Shown: positions 50,650 through 62,730 of the stretch, piece by piece | How positions within the stretch are numbered: position 1 is the stretch's first letter | Layout of the letters: the number at the start of each line of letters is the position of its first letter | Assembly: GCF_013315695.1 (NCBI RefSeq) | Contig: NZ_CP054353.1 | Direction: 5' to 3' (one strand) | DNA: 64,000 nucleotides | Source of the DNA: Escherichia coli | GTDB lineage: Bacteria; Pseudomonadota; Gammaproteobacteria; Enterobacterales; Enterobacteriaceae | Notes under the pieces: generated by a model | The model's database searches: none | The model's input: the letters and a program-made list of their open reading frames with translations, nothing else | Told to the model about the DNA's origin: nothing | Position numbers and translations under genes: made by a program

Positions 50650-51693
50650 TTAACGGGTGATCCACAACGTGGGCCAGGCGTCTGGCCCATGCCAGTTATC
50701 GCAGGTGGGTTCTGCGGCGTAACGCACCAGGCGAAAACGCTGACCGTCAAAGCGCCAGCGCGCCTGAATGCCACAATCGCTTAATCCGCGCCCTTTCGCT
50801 AAGGTCACCAGTTCACGCGATTTCTCATCAAATGTTGCGTTCATCAGTTCCAGTTCATTCGTCTCCTGACCGTTGTTGAACGGCAAACGCAACCGAACCG
50901 GGCGCGAGGCTAGCGGCTTTTTACGCGACACAATCCATGCCAAATCAATGGTGTTATAGGCCCCTGCCTCACAGCTAATCATCATCAGTGCTTTATCATC
51001 GGTCAGCGCAGTGACATTCACCTCACGACGTAACGGATCAAGCGAGCAGCGCAGACCATTCATCCGCCAGTTTCCATAATCCAGCAAATCGTTGCGTTCT
51101 TCGAGTGAGAGTGGCGTCGGCGTTGGGTTAACCACCGCGACCTCTTTCAGCGCAGGCGCGGGCGGTACGCTGAGCGGCGGTTCGTCCCCTTTCTTTATCC
51201 ACGCGGTTTCACTGCCAACGCGCTTTTGCTGAGCATCAATAAACAACAACGCCGCTTTTAAGCCATTCAGAGAAATGGTCTGATTGCCATCGCGTAAGGT
51301 GATTGCCTTCCCTTCCTGAATCAGCTGCAAAAACGCGGTGATGGTTGCCGTATCATCGGTTACTAGTAACCATGGTGAAATCCGCCACTTGTCACCACTT
51401 AACGCCAACGGCTCACCATCTAACAGCAGCCGTGGCGCTATCTCCCCTTCAGACGCATCCGGCGACTTCAACCCGCCGCGCTCAATACGTAAAACGGCAT
51501 CGGTATGCGCCCCGGCGCTGCGGCTCAGGGTCATCACCAGTCCGTTATGATCGCCCGTATTACGTGCCACGCAGAAGTTTTGGTTATTACAGGTGACCTG
51601 CCAGTCGGAAAACGCCCGTTGCGCTGGTGCCGCCCACACCAAAGACGTCGGCAACAAAGCGAAAAAAAAGAGAAGGAAAATGCGATAGCGCAT
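50650..51693 (-). CDS. ypfG: DUF1176-family periplasmic protein YpfG
   Basis: 347-aa ORF with signal peptide MRYRIFLLFFFALLPTSLVWA. Confidence 0.8.
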   Translation of the reverse strand: MRYRIFLLFFFALLPTSLVWAAPAQRAFSDWQVTCNNQNFCVARNTGDHNGLVMTLSRSAGAHTDAVLRIERGGLKSPDASEGEIAPRLLLDGEPLALSGDKWRISPWLLVTDDTATITAFLQLIQEGKAITLRDGNQTISLNGLKAALLFIDAQQKRVGSETAWIKKGDEPPLSVPPAPALKEVAVVNPTPTPLSLEERNDLLDYGNWRMNGLRCSLDPLRREVNVTALTDDKALMMISCEAGAYNTIDLAWIVSRKKPLASRPVRLRLPFNNGQETNELELMNATFDEKSRELVTLAKGRGLSDCGIQARWRFDGQRFRLVRYAAEPTCDNWHGPDAWPTLWITR

Positions 51694-51818
51694 GGACGGT
51701 ACGACCCCAGAAGTTCAAACAAACAGCACAAGTCGTATCTTCGTTGCGCAGGTAGCGCGGCTCAATCGGATTTGTCGGATTGAGCCAATAATAAACAACG
51801 AAATATTATTGTTATTTT

Positions 51819-52394
51819 TCAGTCCATTAAATGTGACGTTTGCAAATAGTTAAGCAATAACACCGTCTTACCGTCACGTATCTCGCCGGTTTTAATCATC
51901 TCCAGCGCCTGGCTGAACGGCAGCTCAAGCACTTCAATATCTTCATCTTCGACACCACCACCGGCGTTAGCGCGCTGGCTGTCACTGTATTCGGCGATAA
52001 AAAAGTGGATTAGCTCAGTCACACCGCCAGGCGACATATACAGTTCAAATAATTTGCGCACTTCGCCAACTTCATAGCCCGTCTCTTCAATCGCTTCTTT
52101 GCGAATGCACACTTCCGGTTCGTCGTTATCCAGCAGCCCGGCGCAGGTTTCAATCAGTTGCCCGCTTTCATTGCCATTAACCCAGGTAGCGACGCGGAAC
52201 TGACGAATCAGAACCACGGTCTTTTTCTTCGCGTTGTACAGGAGGATCGTCGCACCATTACCGCGATCGTAAACTTCACGTTTATGGCGGATAACTTCGC
52301 CATCTTTCCGCGTGAGATCGTAGGTAATGTTGTGCAGGGTGAAATAGTTATCGGAGAGAATTTTGTCTTTAATGAGGGTGATTTGTTGCGTCAT
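51819..52394 (-). CDS. nudK: GDP-mannose pyrophosphatase (Nudix hydrolase)
   Basis: 191-aa product from ATG at 52394 ([20 protein letters not shown]…); Nudix box region (…[12 protein letters not shown]…); ORF track start at 52421 is an extension. Confidence 0.88.
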   Translation of the reverse strand: MTQQITLIKDKILSDNYFTLHNITYDLTRKDGEVIRHKREVYDRGNGATILLYNAKKKTVVLIRQFRVATWVNGNESGQLIETCAGLLDNDEPEVCIRKEAIEETGYEVGEVRKLFELYMSPGGVTELIHFFIAEYSDSQRANAGGGVEDEDIEVLELPFSQALEMIKTGEIRDGKTVLLLNYLQTSHLMD

Positions 52395-52461
52395 ACCGAC
52401 TCCACAGCGCGAAATGAACAATTATCTTACGCTGTGAAGTCGGGTTTGTCTGCGCAGGCTA

Positions 52462-54441
52462 TCAGTGAGATTTGACTGATTTTACCCCCAGCCAGTCAAT
52501 GATCCCCTGTGCCGCATGACGTCCTTCTGCCATTGCGGTAACCACCAGATCCGCACCACGCACGGCGTCACCACCGGCGAAGATTTTCGGATTGGTGGTC
52601 TGGTAACGGTACTGGCTTTCCACATCCGCGATGATGCGGCCCCATTTGTCTACCGTTACACCGTGCGACTCCAGCCACGGCATCCCGTGTGGATTGAAGC
52701 CAAACGCCATAATCACCGCGTCGGCTGGCATGACAAATTCACTGCCTTCCACCGGCACTGGACGCCGACGCCCCTGGGCATCCGGCTCGCCAAGACTCGT
52801 ACGCAGGAAACGAATTCCGCAAACGTGACCTTGCTCATTCAGCTCAAGCGCCACCGGCTGGACGTTAAATTCAAAGTTGGCCCCCTCTTCGCGGGCGTTC
52901 TTCACCTCTTTCTTCGAGCCTGGCATGTTAGCTTCATCACGACGATAAGCGCAGGTGACGTTACTCGCGCCGTGGCGCAGCGCGGTACGCACACAGTCCA
53001 TCGCGGTGTCGCCGCCGCCCAGTACCACGACGTTGAGTCCGGCGGTATTGATAAACGGCTCTTCCGGTAGCTCTTCGAGTCCCATCACCTGTTTAGTGTT
53101 GGCGATGAGGAACGGCAGGGCGTCATAAACGCCCGGCGCATCTTCATTGGGTAAACCCGCTTTCATGGAACGGTAAGTGCCTACGCCAACGAAGACCGCG
53201 TCGTATTGTTCCAAAAGCGAATCCAAAGAGACATCTTTACCCACTTCACAATTGAGTTCGAAGTGAATCCCCATCGCGCTGAAGATTTCCCGACGGCGTG
53301 CCAGCAGGGATTTATCCAGTTTGAAAGAAGGAATGCCGAAAGTGAGCAAGCCACCGATTTCTGGATGGCGATCGTACACCGTCACCGCCACGCCATTGCG
53401 GGTCAGAACATCCGCACAGGCCAGCCCTGCCGGACCTGCACCGATAATCGCCACCCGCTTGTCCACTTTGGTGACATGACTTAAGTCAGGACGCCAACCT
53501 TTCGCCAACGCCTGATCTGAAATGTAGCGTTCAATGTTGCCGATAGTTACTGCGCCGTGCTCATCGCGAATAGTACAGGCACCTTCACACAAACGGTCTT
53601 GCGGGCAAACGCGTCCGGTAATTTCCGGCAGGGTGTTGGTCTGGTGAGAAAGCTCGACGGCGGCGTCGATGTTTCCGGCTTTCACCAGTTCAATCCACTG
53701 CGGTATATGGTTATGCAGCGGGCAGGTCCATTCACAAACGCTGTGCTCGCCGCACTTAAGGCAGCGCGAGGCTTCCCGTTGTGCCTGATCGGCACGGAAT
53801 GGCAGATAAATTTCATCAAAACCGGTTTTGCGCGCTTCAATCGCCAGTTTGTCCGGCTCGCCACGCGCGGGCGTTGCCTGCATTTGCTCGACTTTACTCA
53901 TTACCGGCATTTCTTGTGCCGCGGTACTGGCATGCCACGGTTGATGTTCCTGACGTGCTGTGCGCAAGCGGCGGGATTTCGCTATGCCGGAGAGTGCGGC
54001 ATCAGTGACCAGTTGCAGCGCGTCTGCCGGGCAATTCTCGACACAGGCAGGACCGTTTTCGCGCCCTGCACAAAGGTCGCATTTATGCGCCGTGGCTTTA
54101 ACTTTGCCAGCCGCAACGGGTGTCAGGACGATTTGCATCGTACCAAATGGACAGGCCACCACGCAGGATTTACAGCCAATACACTTTTGCTGATTGACCT
54201 GAATGCTGTCATCAACGTGGCTGATTGCGCCATTAGGGCAGCTACGGGCGCAGGGCGCATCTTCACAATGGTGACAGGTCACTGCACTACGTTGCTGCTG
54301 ATGTTTGATAACCGTAATTCGGGGATGAAAATGGCGTTGGCTCAGGACATGTTGCTCGTCATTGTGAGCCATGACACAGGCGATTTCACAAGCATGACAA
54401 CCCAGACATTGCTGACTGTTGGCCATAATAAAACGATTCAT
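52462..54441 (-). CDS. aegA: Fe-S cluster-containing FAD/NAD(P)-binding oxidoreductase AegA
   Basis: 659-aa ORF with multiple ferredoxin-type CxxCxxCxxxCP motifs at N-terminus and GltD-like nucleotide-binding domain. Confidence 0.9.
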   Translation of the reverse strand: MNRFIMANSQQCLGCHACEIACVMAHNDEQHVLSQRHFHPRITVIKHQQQRSAVTCHHCEDAPCARSCPNGAISHVDDSIQVNQQKCIGCKSCVVACPFGTMQIVLTPVAAGKVKATAHKCDLCAGRENGPACVENCPADALQLVTDAALSGIAKSRRLRTARQEHQPWHASTAAQEMPVMSKVEQMQATPARGEPDKLAIEARKTGFDEIYLPFRADQAQREASRCLKCGEHSVCEWTCPLHNHIPQWIELVKAGNIDAAVELSHQTNTLPEITGRVCPQDRLCEGACTIRDEHGAVTIGNIERYISDQALAKGWRPDLSHVTKVDKRVAIIGAGPAGLACADVLTRNGVAVTVYDRHPEIGGLLTFGIPSFKLDKSLLARRREIFSAMGIHFELNCEVGKDVSLDSLLEQYDAVFVGVGTYRSMKAGLPNEDAPGVYDALPFLIANTKQVMGLEELPEEPFINTAGLNVVVLGGGDTAMDCVRTALRHGASNVTCAYRRDEANMPGSKKEVKNAREEGANFEFNVQPVALELNEQGHVCGIRFLRTSLGEPDAQGRRRPVPVEGSEFVMPADAVIMAFGFNPHGMPWLESHGVTVDKWGRIIADVESQYRYQTTNPKIFAGGDAVRGADLVVTAMAEGRHAAQGIIDWLGVKSVKSH

Positions 54442-54646
54442 AACGACCTTCTTTTTTGGTTGTAAAAACCTTATTCTTTATATGAGTGTTGTTATTACCC
54501 GACTTACAGGGGAATCGGCAATGTTCATGTGCCCAGAATAAGTAACTATTTCGCTATAAACTGTGGCAGATCAAATAATCCCATCACTGACTAAATTGCG
54601 TTTCAGCGAACTGGAACATTAATGATTTTTTGTGGAGAAGACGCGT

Positions 54647-56347
54647 GTGATTGTTAAACGACCCGTCTCGGCCAGTCTGGCCCGGGCCTTTTTTTACATT
54701 GTGCTGCTGTCGATTCTTTCCACGGGTATCGCTCTGCTAACGCTGGCGAGCAGTTTACGCGACGCTGAGGCTATCAATATTGCCGGATCGCTGCGTATGC
54801 AGAGTTACCGCCTGGGCTACGACTTGCAAAGTGGCAGTCCACAACTCAATGCACATCGCCAGTTATTTCAGCAGGCACTGCATTCACCGGTATTAACCAA
54901 TCTCAACGTCTGGTATGTGCCAGAGGCAGTAAAAACCCGCTATGCGCATCTGAATGCCAACTGGCTGGAGATGAATAATCGGCTCAGCAAGGGCGATTTG
55001 CCGTGGTATCAGGCCAATATTAATAATTATGTTAATCAGATAGACCTGTTCGTGCTGGCTTTACAGCACTACGCTGAACGCAAAATGCTGCTGGTGGTGG
55101 CGATTTCCCTGGCTGGCGGCATCGGTATTTTCACGCTGGTCTTTTTTACTTTGCGCCGCATACGCCATCAGGTGGTTGCCCCGCTGAATCAGCTGGTTAC
55201 CGCCAGTCAGCGTATTGAACACGGGCAGTTCGACTCGCCGCCGCTGGATACCAGCCTGCCGAATGAGCTTGGCCTGCTTGCAAAAACCTTTAACCAGATG
55301 TCGAGCGAGCTGCATAAATTGTACCGTTCGCTGGAGGCGTCAGTAGAAGAAAAGACCCGCGATCTCCACGAGGCCAAGCGTCGTCTGGAGGTGTTGTATC
55401 AGTGTTCGCAGGCGCTAAACACCAGCCAGATTGATGTGCATTGTTTCCGCCATATTTTGCAGATTGTTCGCGACAATGAAGCGGCTGAATATCTGGAGTT
55501 AAATGTTGGTGACAACTGGCGGATTAGCGAAGGGCAGCCAAACCCGGAATTGCCGATGCAGATTTTACCGGTGACAATGCAAGAGACGGTTTACGGCGAA
55601 CTGCACTGGCAAAATAGTCACGTTTCATCATCAGAACCGCTGCTTAACAGCGTTTCGTCGATGCTGGGACGCGGTTTGTACTTTAATCAGGCGCAGAAGC
55701 ATTTTCAGCAGTTATTGTTGATGGAAGAACGTGCGACCATCGCCCGCGAATTGCACGACTCGCTGGCTCAGGTACTTTCTTACTTACGTATCCAGTTGAC
55801 GTTACTGAAGCGTTCGATACCGGAAGATAATGCCACCGCACAAAGTATCATGGCCGATTTTTCCCAGGCGTTGAATGATGCTTATCGGCAGTTACGCGAG
55901 CTGTTAACTACTTTCCGCCTGACGCTGCAGCAGGCGGATCTCCCCTCCGCGTTGAGGGAAATGCTGGATACGTTACAAAATCAAACCAGCGCCAAACTGA
56001 CCCTCGACTGCCGTCTGCCAACCCTGGCGCTGGATGCGCAAATGCAGGTGCATTTGTTGCAAATTATTCGCGAAGCGGTGCTGAATGCGATGAAGCACGC
56101 CAACGCCAGCGAAATCGCCGTTAGCTGCGTCACCGCGCCGGATGGCAATCACACAGTCTATATTCGCGACAACGGAATTGGCATCGGTGAACCGAAAGAA
56201 CCCGAAGGCCATTATGGTCTGAATATCATGCGCGAACGCGCGGAAAGATTGGGTGGGACGCTGACTTTTTCGCAACCTTCCGGCGGCGGCACGTTAGTGA
56301 GTATTAGCTTTCGCTCTGCGGAGGGTGAGGAAAGTCAGCTGATGTAA
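54647..56347 (+). CDS. narQ: Nitrate/nitrite sensor histidine kinase NarQ
   Basis: 566-aa product from GTG at 54647 (M/V-IVKRPVSASLARAFFYIVLL…); HAMP and histidine-kinase regions; ORF track begins 15 bp upstream at an alternative GTG. Confidence 0.92.
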   Translation: MIVKRPVSASLARAFFYIVLLSILSTGIALLTLASSLRDAEAINIAGSLRMQSYRLGYDLQSGSPQLNAHRQLFQQALHSPVLTNLNVWYVPEAVKTRYAHLNANWLEMNNRLSKGDLPWYQANINNYVNQIDLFVLALQHYAERKMLLVVAISLAGGIGIFTLVFFTLRRIRHQVVAPLNQLVTASQRIEHGQFDSPPLDTSLPNELGLLAKTFNQMSSELHKLYRSLEASVEEKTRDLHEAKRRLEVLYQCSQALNTSQIDVHCFRHILQIVRDNEAAEYLELNVGDNWRISEGQPNPELPMQILPVTMQETVYGELHWQNSHVSSSEPLLNSVSSMLGRGLYFNQAQKHFQQLLLMEERATIARELHDSLAQVLSYLRIQLTLLKRSIPEDNATAQSIMADFSQALNDAYRQLRELLTTFRLTLQQADLPSALREMLDTLQNQTSAKLTLDCRLPTLALDAQMQVHLLQIIREAVLNAMKHANASEIAVSCVTAPDGNHTVYIRDNGIGIGEPKEPEGHYGLNIMRERAERLGGTLTFSQPSGGGTLVSISFRSAEGEESQLM

Positions 56348-56510
56348 TGCCTCTTATTGACCAAAGAATAGTGGCACTTAAGGTTCAGTATAAAAGGGCA
56401 TGATAATTTACATTAACTCCTTTTTTTCTCCACGATTGGCTCGTACCTTGCCGCTACAGTGAAGCAAGTCAAGCCTACAACGATACGCAGAAACACGAGG
56501 TCCTCTTTTA

Positions 56511-59500
56511 ATGGCGAATTTCTTTATTGATCGCCCCATTTTTGCCTGGGTGCTGGCAATCCTGTTGTGTCTGACAGGTACCCTGGCGATTTTTTCATTG
56601 CCCGTTGAACAATACCCCGATCTCGCGCCACCGAATGTGCGAGTGACCGCTAACTATCCCGGCGCATCGGCCCAGACGCTGGAAAACACCGTGATCCAGG
56701 TTATCGAGCAAAATATGACCGGCCTCGATAATCTCATGTATATGTCGTCTCAGAGCAGTGGCACCGGCCAGGCATCTGTCACGTTAAGTTTTAAAGCAGG
56801 CACCGATCCGGACGAAGCCGTGCAGCAAGTACAAAACCAGCTGCAATCAGCCATGCGAAAGTTACCGCAGGCGGTGCAAAATCAGGGCGTGACGGTGCGT
56901 AAAACCGGCGATACCAATATTCTGACCATTGCCTTCGTCTCTACCGATGGTTCGATGGATAAACAGGATATTGCCGATTACGTTGCCAGTAATATTCAGG
57001 ATCCGTTAAGCCGCGTGAATGGCGTCGGGGATATCGATGCCTATGGTTCGCAATATTCCATGCGTATCTGGCTGGACCCGGCGAAACTCAACAGTTTCCA
57101 GATGACGGCTAAAGATGTCACTGATGCCATTGAGTCACAGAACGCGCAGATTGCGGTTGGGCAACTTGGTGGTACGCCTTCCGTCGATAAGCAGGCGCTC
57201 AACGCCACCATTAACGCCCAGTCACTGCTGCAAACACCAGAACAGTTCCGCGATATCACCTTACGGGTGAATCAGGACGGTTCAGAGGTAAGGCTGGGCG
57301 ATGTCGCCACCGTCGAAATGGGGGCGGAGAAATACGATTATCTTAGCCGCTTCAATGGTAAGCCAGCCTCCGGGCTGGGGGTAAAACTGGCCTCCGGCGC
57401 GAACGAAATGGCGACTGCGCAGCTGGTGCTCAATCGTCTCGACGAGCTGGCGCAGTATTTTCCACACGGACTGGAATACAAGGTGGCGTATGAAACCACC
57501 TCGTTTGTTAAAGCCTCCATTGAAGACGTGGTGAAAACGCTGCTGGAAGCTATCGCCCTGGTTTTCCTCGTTATGTATCTGTTCCTGCAAAACTTCCGCG
57601 CCACGCTGATACCCACTATCGCCGTGCCGGTGGTGTTGATGGGAACCTTCTCCGTACTTTACGCCTTCGGTTACAGCGTCAACACCTTAACCATGTTCGC
57701 GATGGTACTGGCGATCGGTCTGCTGGTGGATGACGCCATCGTGGTGGTGGAAAACGTCGAACGTATTATGAGTGAGGAAGGACTCACTCCTCGCGAAGCC
57801 ACACGTAAATCGATGGGGCAGATCCAGGGGGCACTGGTCGGGATTGCGATGGTGCTTTCGGCGGTATTTGTACCAATGGCCTTCTTCGGCGGCACCACCG
57901 GTGCCATCTATCGCCAGTTCTCTATTACCATTGTTGCGGCGATGGTGCTGTCAGTACTGGTAGCGATGATCCTCACTCCGGCTCTGTGTGCCACACTACT
58001 TAAGCCACTGAAAAAAGGTGAGCATCACGGGCAAAAAGGCTTTTTTGCCTGGTTTAACCAGATGTTTAACCGCAACGCCGAACGCTACGAAAAAGGGGTG
58101 GCGAAAATTCTCCACCGCAGCCTGCGCTGGATTGTGATTTATGTCCTGCTGCTTGGCGGCATGGTGTTCCTGTTCCTGCGTTTGCCGACGTCGTTCTTGC
58201 CACTGGAAGACCGGGGCATGTTTACTACCTCGGTACAGTTGCCCAGCGGTTCAACCCAACAACAGACCCTGAAAGTCGTTGAGCAAATCGAGAAATACTA
58301 CTTCACCCATGAAAAAGACAACATCATGTCGGTGTTTGCCACTGTTGGTTCTGGCCCTGGGGGTAACGGGCAAAACGTGGCGAGAATGTTTATCCGCCTG
58401 AAAGACTGGAGCGAACGCGACAGTAAGACCGGCACCTCGTTTGCCATTATCGAGCGTGCAACGAAGGCGTTTAACAAGATTAAAGAAGCTAGCGTTATCG
58501 CCAGCAGCCCGCCAGCAATTAGCGGTCTTGGTAGTTCTGCAGGTTTTGATATGGAGTTGCAGGACCACGCTGGAGCGGGTCACGATGCGCTGATGGCAGC
58601 ACGAAACCAGTTGCTGGCGCTGGCAGCGGAAAACCCGGAGCTAACCCGTGTGCGCCATAACGGCCTCGACGACAGTCCGCAGTTGCAGATTGATATCGAC
58701 CAGCGTAAAGCTCAGGCGCTGGGCGTTGCTATCGACGATATTAACGACACACTGCAAACCGCCTGGGGTTCGAGCTATGTGAATGACTTTATGGATCGCG
58801 GTCGCGTGAAGAAAGTCTATGTGCAGGCAGCTGCGCCGTATCGCATGCTGCCAGATGACATCAATCTCTGGTATGTCCGAAATAAAGATGGCGGCATGGT
58901 GCCCTTCTCTGCTTTCGCGACCTCACGCTGGGAGACAGGCTCGCCGCGTCTGGAACGCTATAACGGTTATTCTGCGGTAGAGATTGTAGGGGAAGCCGCA
59001 CCGGGGGTCAGTACCGGTACGGCGATGGATATTATGGAATCGTTAGTGAAGCAGCTGCCAAACGGCTTTGGTCTGGAGTGGACGGCGATGTCGTATCAGG
59101 AGCGGCTTTCCGGCGCGCAGGCTCCGGCGCTGTACGCTATTTCCTTGCTGGTGGTATTCCTGTGTCTGGCGGCGTTGTATGAAAGCTGGTCGGTGCCGTT
59201 CTCGGTAATGCTGGTCGTGCCGCTGGGGGTTATCGGCGCGCTGCTGGCAACCTGGATGCGCGGGCTGGAAAACGACGTTTACTTCCAGGTGGGCCTGTTA
59301 ACGGTCATTGGTTTATCGGCGAAAAACGCCATCCTGATCGTCGAGTTTGCTAACGAGATGAACCAAAAAGGCCACGACCTGTTTGAAGCGACGCTCCACG
59401 CCTGCCGTCAGCGTTTACGCCCGATTCTGATGACTTCGCTGGCATTTATCTTCGGCGTATTGCCAATGGCAACCAGCACGGGTGCCGGTTCCGGTGGTCA

Positions 59501-59624
59501 GCATGCGGTGGGTACTGGCGTAATGGGCGGGATGATTTCGGCCACTATTCTGGCTATTTACTTCGTGCCGCTGTTCTTTGTGCTGGTGCGCCGCCGCTTC
59601 CCGCTGAAGCCGCGCCCGGAATAA
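56511..59624 (+). CDS. acrD: RND-family multidrug/aminoglycoside efflux pump AcrD
   Basis: 1037-aa [44 protein letters not shown]…. Confidence 0.95.
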   Translation: MANFFIDRPIFAWVLAILLCLTGTLAIFSLPVEQYPDLAPPNVRVTANYPGASAQTLENTVIQVIEQNMTGLDNLMYMSSQSSGTGQASVTLSFKAGTDPDEAVQQVQNQLQSAMRKLPQAVQNQGVTVRKTGDTNILTIAFVSTDGSMDKQDIADYVASNIQDPLSRVNGVGDIDAYGSQYSMRIWLDPAKLNSFQMTAKDVTDAIESQNAQIAVGQLGGTPSVDKQALNATINAQSLLQTPEQFRDITLRVNQDGSEVRLGDVATVEMGAEKYDYLSRFNGKPASGLGVKLASGANEMATAQLVLNRLDELAQYFPHGLEYKVAYETTSFVKASIEDVVKTLLEAIALVFLVMYLFLQNFRATLIPTIAVPVVLMGTFSVLYAFGYSVNTLTMFAMVLAIGLLVDDAIVVVENVERIMSEEGLTPREATRKSMGQIQGALVGIAMVLSAVFVPMAFFGGTTGAIYRQFSITIVAAMVLSVLVAMILTPALCATLLKPLKKGEHHGQKGFFAWFNQMFNRNAERYEKGVAKILHRSLRWIVIYVLLLGGMVFLFLRLPTSFLPLEDRGMFTTSVQLPSGSTQQQTLKVVEQIEKYYFTHEKDNIMSVFATVGSGPGGNGQNVARMFIRLKDWSERDSKTGTSFAIIERATKAFNKIKEASVIASSPPAISGLGSSAGFDMELQDHAGAGHDALMAARNQLLALAAENPELTRVRHNGLDDSPQLQIDIDQRKAQALGVAIDDINDTLQTAWGSSYVNDFMDRGRVKKVYVQAAAPYRMLPDDINLWYVRNKDGGMVPFSAFATSRWETGSPRLERYNGYSAVEIVGEAAPGVSTGTAMDIMESLVKQLPNGFGLEWTAMSYQERLSGAQAPALYAISLLVVFLCLAALYESWSVPFSVMLVVPLGVIGALLATWMRGLENDVYFQVGLLTVIGLSAKNAILIVEFANEMNQKGHDLFEATLHACRQRLRPILMTSLAFIFGVLPMATSTGAGSGGQHAVGTGVMGGMISATILAIYFVPLFFVLVRRRFPLKPRPE

Positions 59625-59630
59625 GCAATA

Positions 59631-59662
59631 AAAAAGGCGACATGCTAATGTGTCGCCTTTTT
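59631..59662 (+). terminator. Rho-independent terminator after acrD
   Basis: AAGGCGACA-tgctaatg-TGTCGCCTT followed by TTT. Confidence 0.6.
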
Positions 59663-59722
59663 CAATTTTCCGATTAAGAACCTGCTCAGCGGGTTCTTGC
59701 TGTTTGTACTTTGTCTCAGGAA

Positions 59723-59782
59723 TTACTTACGAAGCATAACTTCGATAAAGTCTTTCCAGTTCCCCAGTTCACGTTCAATCAT
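59723..59782 (-). CDS. ypfM: Small protein YpfM (19 aa)
   Basis: Minus strand ATG ATT GAA CGT GAA CTG GGG AAC TGG AAA GAC TTT ATC GAA GTT ATG CTT CGT AAG TAA = MIERELGNWKDFIEVMLRK; too short for the ORF track; matches the K-12 small-protein position between acrD and yffB. Confidence 0.6.
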   Translation of the reverse strand: MIERELGNWKDFIEVMLRK

Positions 59783-60144
59783 AACAACCTCTCTTATAAT
59801 TATGGGTATTCTACGGAAACAATATACCGTGGTGAAGCTAATTTACTCGATTGCTGCGATGACTACCTCCGGGGGACAAACCTTATGTAAATACTATGGT
59901 CCTGCGGTGATAATTTGTATGTGATACACAGCAACATTTCGAGATATTCATACGGCATCTAATACTGATTTAATTCTGGCTAAAATACAGACAGATAACA
60001 AGATGAATATTTTTAATGTTTACGTTAAAAATGTTTAATATTATTTAATAGTTGTTAATTTGAATACTTCGATAATGTTATATTTCCTGATAATCATTTG
60101 CAGGCAAAATGTTTTCACCCTTAAATGAGTATTTATTCTCATAA

Positions 60145-60519
<375 letters not shown>

Positions 60520-60522
60520 TCT

Positions 60523-61650
60523 ATGTCGTGCCCGGTTATTGAGCTGACACAACAGCTTATTCGCCGCCCTTCCCTGAGTCCTGATGACGCAGGATGCCAG
60601 GCTTTGTTGATTGAACGTTTGCAGGCGATCGGTTTTACCGTTGAACGCATGGACTTTGCCGATACGCAGAATTTTTGGGCATGGCGTGGGCAGGGTGAAA
60701 CGTTAGCCTTTGCCGGGCATACCGACGTGGTGCCGCCTGGCGACGCCGACCGTTGGATCAATCCGCCGTTTGAACCCACCATTCGTGACGGCATGTTATT
60801 CGGGCGCGGTGCGGCAGATATGAAAGGCTCGCTGGCGGCGATGGTGGTAGCGGCAGAACGTTTTGTCGCACAACATCCCAACCATACGGGGCGACTGGCA
60901 TTTCTGATCACCTCTGATGAAGAAGCCAGTGCCCACAACGGTACGGTAAAAGTCGTCGAGGCGTTAATGGCACGTAATGAGCGTCTCGATTACTGCCTGG
61001 TCGGCGAACCGTCGAGTATCGAAGTGGTAGGTGATGTGGTGAAAAATGGTCGTCGCGGATCATTAACCTGCAACCTTACCATTCATGGCGTTCAGGGGCA
61101 TGTTGCCTACCCGCATCTGGCTGACAATCCGGTACATCGCGCAGCACCTTTCCTTAATGAATTAGTGGCTATTGAGTGGGATCAGGGCAATGAATTTTTC
61201 CCGGCGACCAGTATGCAGATTGCCAATATTCAGGCGGGAACGGGCAGTAACAACGTTATTCCGGGTGAACTGTTTGTGCAGTTTAACTTCCGCTTCAGCA
61301 CCGAACTGACTGATGAGATGATCAAAGCGCAGGTACTTGCCCTGCTTGAAAAACATCAACTGCGCTATACGGTGGATTGGTGGCTTTCCGGGCAGCCATT
61401 TTTGACCGCACGCGGTAAACTGGTGGATGCGGTCGTTAACGCGGTTGAGCACTATAATGAAATTAAACCGCAGCTACTGACCACAGGCGGAACGTCCGAC
61501 GGGCGCTTTATTGCCCGCATGGGGGCGCAGGTGGTGGAACTCGGGCCGGTCAATGCCACTATTCATAAAATTAATGAATGTGTGAACGCTGCCGACCTGC
61601 AGCTACTTGCCCGTATGTATCAACGTATCATGGAACAGCTCGTCGCGTGA
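60523..61650 (+). CDS. dapE: N-succinyl-L,L-diaminopimelate desuccinylase
   Basis: 375-aa M20 peptidase-family ORF (…[10 protein letters not shown]…). Confidence 0.95.
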
Positions 61651-61677
61651 TGAGTGGTTCCGCAAGAGGAAATAAGC

Positions 61678-61878
61678 ATGGACTGGCTGGCTAAATATTG
61701 GTGGATTCTGGTGATTGTCTTTTTGGTAGGCGTCCTGCTGAACGTGATTAAAGATCTCAAGCGCGTCGACCATAAGAAATTTCTCGCCAACAAGCCGGAG
61801 CTTCCCCCGCATCGTGATTTCAACGATAAGTGGGACGATGACGACGACTGGCCGAAAAAGGATCAACCGAAGAAGTAA
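61678..61878 (+). CDS. ypfN: Small membrane protein YpfN
   Basis: 66-aa product from ATG at 61678 ([29 protein letters not shown]…); ORF track start at 61654 is an extension. Confidence 0.8.
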
Positions 61879-61886
61879 GCTAAGTG

Positions 61887-61916
61887 GCCGGATAAGGCGT
61901 TAACGCCGCATCCGGC
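61887..61916. repeat. REP element
   Basis: GCCGGATAAGGCGTTAACGCCGCATCCGGC palindrome after ypfN. Confidence 0.55.
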
Positions 61917-61958
61917 CATGATGCCTGATACAGTCTTATCAGACCTACCCGGCTATTA

Positions 61959-62657
61959 TTACATCATTTCAATCACATCATCATCGCCAGGCTTACCGCC
62001 GCTTAGCGCTTCGTCGAAATAATGTTTCGGAATGGTATAACGCAAGTGATCCAGAGCAAATTGCATACTGCGATTGTCGATCGCATGGCCTAAATCCTCC
62101 ACGATATCCAGCGTCACGTCACCACCGGCACTGATTAACGCTTCCTGCGCCGCAACCGCATGCGCCAGATCGATAACCGGATCTTCACCGCCATGAATCA
62201 GGTGAATTGTCGTGGCTGTAGACGCAGTTTCCGGCAGGCTCGCATACCGTCCGTTAAAGGCAATGACGCGTGAGGCAAGGCCCGGTTCGGCTTTAATGCT
62301 CTCCAGCGCCATAATCGCGCCTTGAGAGAAACCGATTAGCGCCGTGGCGTTAGCCCCTACTCCGCTCTGTTTCTGCCAGTAGCGCACCGTTTCAATAAAC
62401 GTCGGCATGATGGCATCCACACGCGCCTGGCGATTATCTTCCGTAATACCCTGCACCGAAAACCACTGACGCCCCGCCGGATTACCGCTCGGCTCCGCGC
62501 CTCTGACACTCACCACCAGCGCATCAGGAAATAGCGGCGCAAACCAGCTGCCTATTTCCCCCATTGCCACCGGGTTATCCCCGACACCGTGGAAAAGCAG
62601 TAACAACTGTTGCGCAGGTTTATCCGGGCTTTGAACAACAAAATGGTCATGTTTCAT
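61959..62657 (-). CDS. ypfH: Alpha/beta-hydrolase esterase YpfH
   Basis: 232-aa product from ATG at 62657 (MKHDHFVVQSPDKPAQQLLLLFHGVGDNP…) with AAGGAG RBS; nucleophile motif GFSQG; ORF track start at 62681 is an extension. Confidence 0.85.
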   Translation of the reverse strand: MKHDHFVVQSPDKPAQQLLLLFHGVGDNPVAMGEIGSWFAPLFPDALVVSVRGAEPSGNPAGRQWFSVQGITEDNRQARVDAIMPTFIETVRYWQKQSGVGANATALIGFSQGAIMALESIKAEPGLASRVIAFNGRYASLPETASTATTIHLIHGGEDPVIDLAHAVAAQEALISAGGDVTLDIVEDLGHAIDNRSMQFALDHLRYTIPKHYFDEALSGGKPGDDDVIEMM

Positions 62658-62730
62658 GGCGAACTCCTTAACTGATGTCATTAATTTTACGCCGCTGACT
62701 CACAATGACCATGGGAGAAAATTGAAGGAG

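Noticed and set aside
59697-59924. 75-aa plus-strand ORF between acrD and yffB
   Set aside because: No RBS or domain; overlaps the 19-codon ypfM on the opposite strand, which is the better-supported gene
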